NCBI GenBank assembly: GCA_050273025.1
Contig: CP158635.1
Span: forward strand, 19,406,001 to 19,470,000
Source: Cenococcum geophilum
Lineage: Eukaryota
Direction: 5' to 3'
DNA length: 64,000 nt
Under the pieces are notes generated by a model. That model saw only the letters and a program-made list of their open reading frames with translations. It was not told where the DNA came from and did not search any database. The translations under genes and the position numbers were made by a program. Shown piece by piece: positions 57,101 to 64,000 of this stretch (positions within the stretch are counted from its first letter, which is position 1; every line of letters starts with the position of its first letter).

Positions 57101-59180
57101 TAGCTAGAAATGGGATACTTACCCTATATAAGCTTTAACTGGAAAAGGCTAGAAGAACCCTAGACTATATAAGAGAAGCTATTCTATACTAAGGCCTAAT
57201 AGTACGCCAAACAATTAGAGGAAGCTTGGATGGTAGCCCGCAAGAACCTAGAAAAAGCTTAGAGGTTAATGAAACAGCAGGCGAACAAATACCGTCAAGA
57301 GCCCGATTTTGCCCCTGGTAATATAGTATAGGTTATAATAAGGAATTAGAAGACTAAACGACCTAGCCGTAAGCTAGACTACTAGATGGCAGAACTATAT
57401 AAGGTTCTTAAGAAAATAGGCAACTTATACAAGATAAAGCTCCCAGATTTAATTAGGGTTTACCCTATCTTCTTACTAGATAAGCTACGGAAAGCTATAA
57501 ATAATCTATTACCTAGACAAAAGAACGAGCCTTCCCTACTAGTTTAAGTAAACGGTAATAATAAATAGGAGGTTAACAAAATACTGGCCTATAAGATAGT
57601 ACGGGGAACGCTAAAATACCATATCTAATAGAAGGGCTACAATTCTAACCTAACCTGGTACCCTATATAGAACTTTATAGGCTACCCCCAGAAGCTTAAA
57701 GAATTCTATAACTAATACCCTAATACGCCTAAACCCCTAAAGTACCTAGATAAATAAATAGAATGCTAGTATAATAAAGACAATAAGTTACCGGAAGAAC
57801 ATAGGGACAAAAACGCCCTAAAGCCCTAATATAGCTATCTACCAAATTCTGCCATATTCTGCCGTTTTCTGCCAATACCGTAAAATTTCAGATATTAAGG
57901 AACTTCGACCACCGGTTAAAGTTATCTAATTAGTTAGATCCGTACTAAGACTTTTAGCGGCTACTCTTTCTAGCCTAATACTTCCACTTAGCCCACAATC
58001 GCCCTTTATACTTAGTCTGGACGTACTCGTGTCCCCTTTATCTCCTTATCTTATATTTTATAATCCTACGTTTATAAGCCTAGTGCTACCCTATTTTTAA
58101 CTAAGCCTAAAGGCAGGTTTTTTCTTTTAAAGAGGGGGGTAATATAACGGCGCTATCGCACGTTACCTGCCAAATTCTGCCATATTCTGCCGACCTGCAA
58201 TTGGCCCGCCTAAAGCTAGCGCCTTAGCGGCTCACCCTATATATTTGTTTACATTGGTCCTAGCAACCCCTTTTCCTTCTCTTTAGCTTAGTATCTTCGT
58301 AATACAGTATTCGTTCAAGCTTCGGTTCAGAGGCATTTATTCAAGCCGTGACATCTCTTAGCTTTAAGAGGTGGGAATTAGTGCATTAAGGACTGTATAT
58401 ACTACTAAAATAAAGCGGGAGAAGTAGGAGGAGGCTTTAGGTAAAGTTAAGGCCTAGTATAAAGCTCTAATTAAGTAAATTAGCTCCTCCCTTATAGAAC
58501 TTAAATTGGTATTTAATAACTAGATACTATAGGGTTTCTTATATAAAGAGCTTTCTAAAGACTCTACGGTTACTTAATTTACCTAAGAAGATTTAAATAT
58601 AGTGCTATTTATAAGTACGGTCTTTAATAGTAAGTTTACTACCTAAATAAAACTTAAGATAAGGCTCTATTACTAAAAATAGTATCTAACGTTATCTATT
58701 ATAAAATCTTAATTAATTAAACGGTAACAATAACGCCCTATAAAGACCTCTACTAGTACTATAATAACTTAGAAGATCTTTAGTAGTAATATAGTTAAGG
58801 AGTTATAGATTCCGCTATCTATTAACCTCTATAATTACTAAATAAAAGGCGTTAATACTACTAATTAGATAAGATCTTATTATAGCTCCCTTTAACGCTA
58901 CTATAAGACTTAAAAGTCTCTACTTTACTTCCTCCTTAATACAATTATTACTAATTGCTATAAGCTATCTTCCTACGCTACTAATGGCTAGCTAAGATAA
59001 AATGGCTATAAGAAGTTCCTCAAATAACTTATAAACTCTCTCTTTAAGCTCTCTACCTAAATACCTTAAAGTAATTATATATGGGTCTCTATAGATTAAA
59101 TATAGTGGTACCTAGCGATATATTATAGATATAAGGCAGTTAGAATTAATGTAAAGCAGATAACTTGCTCTATATGCTTA
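51116..59180 (+). mobile_element. Second piggyBac-like element (related subfamily), split by Gypsy C and cut at ~59180
   Basis: Left end TA|tcccttacattatcgat and ATG ~51230. Segments 51230-52170 and 58354-59180 are colinear with the 45623 element. No right TIR was found in the window. Confidence 0.82.
52171..58353 (+). mobile_element. Full-length RIP-degraded Ty3/Gypsy chromovirus (copy C, different family)
   Basis: 211-bp LTRs at 52171-52381 and 58143-58353, TSD TCTCT, PPT agaggggggt. RT motif AYLDDILIY (~55330), plus RNase H, integrase and chromodomain remnants. Confidence 0.95.
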
Positions 59181-62100
59181 CATCGGGAAAATATTCGCAG
59201 GATGAGATTTAAGTAGACTTTGTTTTTCGCGTTTCGCGTAATTGATATACAATTTGACCAACTCGACACGCAATTAACTAACTTAACACGCAATTAATTA
59301 ACTTAATATGCAACTTAACTAACTTAACACGCAATTAACTAACTTAATATGTAACTTAACTAACTTAATACGCAATTAACCAACTTAATATATTTAAAAG
59401 TTAAATAACACGCAGTTAACCTACTTAACAACTTTAAAAGCTAACTGTATATTCCTTAATATATAATTAACCAACTTAAAATTTAAATAACACGCAGTTA
59501 ACTAACTTAATAACTTTAAAAGCTAACTACACATTCCTTAACATGTAATTAAGGTAATATAATATATTATTTTAAAGTTGTATGCCAATTGCGCAAATGA
59601 ATTTTTACTATTTTCTTAGCCTATAGTATGCTAGCTTATAATATATATTAGGATTAAAATAATTTTATATAATTTTATATAATCTTATACAATCTTATAT
59701 AATCTTATATAATCTTATATAGTCCTATATAGTCTTATATAGGTTCTATACTAGCTTAGCTGCTTTTACTATTTGTCCTAGCTTTTATATAATAACGCGA
59801 TACGGGTTCCTTCTTTAAGAAAGTTGTCTAAGTATAGAGTATTATATTGGTCCTAATTAATATAATTATTAATATAGTATAAATCTGGATAAGAAGTAGC
59901 GGCTAGAATAATATGCGCGCTTTATAGAATAGATGGCATTAAATAAAAGCGACTACCTCCAAGTACTTGCCTAGTATTTACGCTTAAGCGCGGCTACCTT
60001 TTTACCTTAACCATACCGTGTGTTAGATGCGGCAGTCTATAATTTAATAGCTAAAGTAGCTCTACTATAGCTCTAGTATACTATATATATACACCATACT
60101 TATCTAACCTTTTAATATCTAGAATAGTAACAATTAGCTAAAGCTGGCCTATAAGTCTTCTACCTAATAGTATACGGCCCTTTCTAATACGGTCGTTGTT
60201 ATCTATATACTCTTGGACCTATACATAATCACGCCTTTACTGGTTAGAATATTGCCAATCTAGTGCGTAATGTACTACCTCACTAATTTGGGCCTTAAGG
60301 TTAGTTGCATTTTTTCCGTCTCGTTTCTAATAGCGGATAGATAGATATATTTTAATAAGTAGGCGCTTAACCTATAAAGGATCCTTCTCTTTTCGGTCTA
60401 TATCGGAGTTCTAGGCATGTTTGCCTTATAGTTTTTGCCTACACTCTTGGATAAATACTATAATGCTGTTTAGAAACCCTGGGATTTTGTAGTAGTTTGC
60501 TATATAAGATATATAAAGCCACGTCTTTAACCTAAGACGCCTCTAGATAAGATCCGTTGCCCTATCTATGTCTTCTAAAGGCCACTAAAGCTTTACAACT
60601 GCCAAATGCTATATTAGTTAAGTAACCTATACCTCTAGATATTAGGAAGACTGTAGTATAAAATTACTATTTATGAAAGCTATTTCGTCTTCCATTGCTA
60701 GTACTGCTACCCGTCTTAAATTATAAGAGTAGATTTAAGATAGCAAATCCTGTTTATTTGTTAAGTTATAAAACGCCTTAATAATATAATGGTGTCCAGC
60801 TTCGCTATTTGCGCTAGTGTAGTACCTATCTGCGTATCCGTATAGGCGGATATTTTCCTTAAAATATATAAGGGCATGGAATTTTAGTATATTAAAATGG
60901 CCCGTATTAAAATCCTTTGCTTTTAAACGGAAACTTTAAAATACGCCTTTAAGCATATTAATTCGATATAGGGCGTGGTGCATATATCATAGTGTCTCCT
61001 TATTATGGGTGCGATACTAAGCTATAATAACAAAGTTATATACGGCTCTTGTAAAATGCATAGTATATAGTTCCCTAAACGACAGTAGTGGGGCTAGCAT
61101 AGCGATAAGTTGACGAACTATAGCTTTTTGTTTATTACCTGTCCATTAAGTAACTTTACTAAATAACAGATTATTAAACCGTTTTAGCCCCGTAAAAGCT
61201 GGGACTTATCTAAAACGCTAATTAAGCTAAGCCTCCGCAGATATATTTATTATAATTGTTTTCGTCCCTCTTCTCTTTTTTTTTAGCTAGATAACATCGC
61301 CTACTAGTTTCTGTACCCATTTAATAAGTTATATAACGATACCCTTTAGAAGCTGATATAGAACATCTACTATTATGCCCTTATAGATGTTAAATAGGCG
61401 ATAATGCTACGCGAAATATTCTACCGGGTGTACCCAGTCGTCTAAGGATGGAAGAATGTTCTCTAGTTGCTGGCGTTTAATCTATCTTCTTGTCTCCTTA
61501 TGGGTGTATAGCGGGTATTATTTCTTAGTTAAGTTCTTACGCTTTAAAGGGGGGACCTAGCATATAGTGTAGTGCTATTGGCTTTTAACACCTATAAGCA
61601 GCACTTGTTTTTTATAGTCTGCTATTATTCCATATATAATTGGATAACATTATTGCACAAAATTATCCGCATATTAAAGGTCTATGCCGCTTTCTATAAG
61701 ATGCTTAATTGCTATTATATTTTAGTTTATGGAATATAGCGTTAAAATACTAAAGCAGGACTTACGTTTAAGTATAGTTCTTATTGCCTTATAATATGCT
61801 TTACTTTTTATATTATTATCCTTTTCTTTAATAACTGGTATAAAACCGACAAGAATATTTACGGGGGATGTCTGTTGGCGTTAAACTTGTCGGTTAAGAT
61901 TACCGATAGTAAGATATACCGGCTAGGCCGATTTGTTACTATAGTGTATTATTAGCTGGGTTTTATTAACTGCTATAAGTATAGGAACTACTATAGTACC
62001 GCTAGGAACCTTGCCTTATATCTCCTACTACTAGTTACCGCTGTATAGCTTGTTATAGACTTAGTAGTTGTCGGCATTATAGTCTCTTTAGTGCATATAC

Positions 62101-64000
62101 TAGTGCATCTTTAAAGGGTTAATAGCCAATTAGAAAGGTAATTATATTTATAACATCCTAGTAAAGAATATAGTATTTCCTCTACTTAGAGCCTTTAATG
62201 TTTAATTCCACCTTATACTCTAATCGGAGCTATTATTTGTCTTATATGCTAAATAGAATAGCGGTAATTAGTTCCTCCTATTAATTTGTAGATTGGAAGC
62301 TAAGTAGGCTATAAAGTAGGCTAAGGCGGGTGTCTTTAAGCAGTGCGTTAATATCTCCCTTTATATAGTAAATGCGGTGCAGTTATATTAAAAAGGCGTA
62401 ATTAAACTCTAAATAAAAAGGATTATATAGTATACTTTGGCTATTGTTATATTATTATATAGTAATATCTAAAATTGTCTGGTTAACTTACTATATATTA
62501 TTATCGGTCTTATATAAAATTGGTTTACCCGCCTTTATATTCTTAGTTACTTTAAATATCTTTACTCTAAGTAATAATAATAATAATAGGACGCTTTTTT
62601 AATATGGTATACCGCATAGAGGCACTAGGTGGGCATTCTGCTTATATTCTACCGCTACTGGAGTATACTTATTAGTATCCGTGTTTATACCGTCTAGTTA
62701 TAATTGCGCGTTATTTAACTAGTTAGAGTGGTAGAATTAATCGCGAATTATAAGTAGTTGGGCCGCAATAAACGTATAAGTGTTATATCTCTCTTCGCGT
62801 GTTTTTTTATAGATATATTAGTAGCTAGGCAGCCGCCTTTTGTAGCACTATAGGTGTTAGTAAAGGCTGCCGTAACTCTTAGGGGTATAAGAACACTATA
62901 GACAGCTTCGCTGTATTATTGCTAATTATATATTAAATAATATAGTATTATTTCTAGGCGTAAAGAGTGCGTATTATAGTACTAACGGTTAATTGCCGGT
63001 ATTTAATCTAAGTGGCTTAGCTTTATGGCTGCTAAAAGTATACCTCTTATTTTTTTACTAGAACTAGTTATACTAAAGCGTAAGTATAACTAGCTTAATA
63101 CCGAGTTTAAGGACTTAAAAGTCTAAGGCAACTAAACTAGACGCTAAAGCGTAAGTGTGACTAGCTTAATACCGAGCTTAATACTAAGTTTAAGGACTTA
63201 AAAGAGTTTAAAGTAGCTAAACTGTAAACTAAAGACTTAATAGTACCTAAAAAACCTTTATCCGTCTAAATAATAATATATAGTATTCTTAGGCAATAGC
63301 TATAGGACTATAGCTACGGCGAAGATATTATTTACCACTAATATTATAGAGCCTAATAATATTAGCTATCTAGATCTGTGATTCCGTTGTTTCTATATAA
63401 GCTATAGTAAGAAAAAAGGGAGGATTAAGGGTAGTGCTAGTTGAGTTAAGATAACTAAATGAGTTAGTACTTAAAACTATAATATCTGGTCTTAGGTATA
63501 TAGAGTTCTAACTAATATTTAACTTAAGCTGCCGCCCGGAAGTCTTATATTTGTTATTAGGGTAATACTAGAGGGTTAGGCCGGATAACGGGTATCGGCA
63601 ATAATATAAATAATTTGAAGCCCGCGAAGTAACTAAATAGAAAGCCCGTGTCTTGTAGGCTAACTACTTATCTTTAACGGCTTTTAAAAGTTTATTTCTA
63701 GAATTCCTTTTAATACCTCCGGTTTCCTGTTAAATAGATATGTTAGTATAAGCCTATATACTACTAGGGTGCGGAGAGCTAAAATATAGTTAGAGCTCTT
63801 TGAATAATTTAGCAGAAAAGAATGGGTTATTTGGGTTAGTTTGTAGATTGGCTAGCTTAACCTTAATATCCTACCCCAGCTTGTGAAGATTAGGGCCATC
63901 TCTACCTAGTATACTACCGTTAATCTGTATATTGGCATCTCCCTTATTTGTAGCGGCTGAAGAAGCTTTAGGTGTCTAGTCTTTAGAAGGCATTATAATG
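59181..64000 (-). mobile_element. Plavaka-type (CACTA/CMC-related) DNA transposon, RIP-degraded, running off the window
   Basis: Minus strand gives KSAxPVYLTIGNL (~61895-61940), DVLYQLLKG (~61340-61370) and KFHAL..F...IRLYG (~60840-60885). Subterminal tandem repeats are present. Left boundary approximate. Confidence 0.75.
59260..59750. repeat. Subterminal tandem repeats: ~20-bp aacacgcaattaactaactt units (59260-59550) and 10-bp aatcttatat units (59661-59750)
   Basis: Directly visible degenerate arrays next to the end of the Plavaka-like element. Confidence 0.8.

Overview
Eukaryotic DNA from a filamentous ascomycete (Pezizomycotina; inferred from spliceosomal introns, fungal gene families and pervasive RIP-type C>T/G>A damage). 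A ~20 kb gene island (about 22.66-42.3 kb) lies between two AT-rich blocks of RIP-degraded, nested transposons. The left block holds a 90-bp MITE, a Tad1-like LINE, two same-family chromodomain Gypsy copies in inverted orientation, an older Gypsy gag remnant, an un-RIPed solo LTR and a Fot1/pogo-like element. The right block holds a Copia with a nested piggyBac-like element, and a second piggyBac-like element interrupted by a Gypsy and then a Plavaka/CACTA-like element. The island has apparently intact IDI1, GNAT acetyltransferase, GFA/Mss4-like, Asi3-like RING ligase, F-box/WD-like and hypothetical genes. It also has three broken genes: an epoxide hydrolase, an HSL-type esterase and homocitrate synthase. 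Most notable: (1) homocitrate synthase has lost nearly all of its catalytic core but keeps both ends, with a 10-bp microhomology junction; (2) a piggyBac-type transposase family and its MITE appear to duplicate TA rather than TTAA; (3) two related Copia-type LTRs sit 146 and 147 bp upstream of the ATGs of two dead genes. All calls were made by eye; no database searches were run.
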